From assembly GCA_045597865.1 (NCBI GenBank), contig JAZLKX010000052.1:202470-266469 (forward strand): 64,000 bases of DNA, read 5' to 3'. A model generated the notes under the pieces. It was not told where the DNA came from, did no database searches, and was given only the letters and a program-made list of their open reading frames with translations. Made by a program: the position numbers and the translations under genes. The DNA comes from Bacilli bacterium (GTDB taxonomy: Bacteria > Bacillota_I > Bacilli_A > RFN20 > CAG-826). The number at the start of each line of letters is the position of its first letter. Within the stretch, counting starts at the first letter, position 1. Shown in pieces: positions 63,838 to 64,000 of the stretch.

Positions 63838-64000
63838 CCGATCTTAAGCTTTTGGAAAAATAATTGATTTTTACCATTGACAAGATCGCCTGAAGTTGTT
63901 AAATTTAAACCGTTGAAAACAACAACCGCTTGATCTCCGATAAGGATCGCCGCCGGTTTGAAAAAAAAATGAAAAAAAATTTTCAAACCACCATTGACAA

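Overview
A 64-kb segment of a large, divergent T4-like myophage (Tevenvirinae-type gene set, shuffled order), standard genetic code. 1-45.7 kb (mostly + strand) is a late structural region under T4-type TATAAATA promoters. It holds RegA, acidic putative internal head proteins, small terminase, portal, tail tube, scaffold, major capsid, baseplate genes, a tape-measure-like gene, two glycosyltransferases and two paralogous fibres, one a 1956-aa protein with ~34 CxxC(xGxG) motifs. 45.8-49.7 kb (- strand) holds a gp55-like sigma factor and only the C-terminal half of the large terminase, headed by the long C-fragment of an atypically split intein. A sharp local GC-skew flip at ~49.85 kb is a candidate origin. 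50-64 kb is a GC-richer early region of small cassettes, each behind a conserved ~100-bp sigma70-type promoter repeat. It includes a MoxR/VWA pair, a ~300-nt structured non-coding element, six tRNAs and a free-standing endonuclease. Best leads: the nested zinc-hairpin insert in the fibre, the unlinked split terminase, the structured RNA, and an anti-RBS element complementary to the shared early ribosome-binding sequence. All family calls are by eye from recalled motifs; no searches were run.
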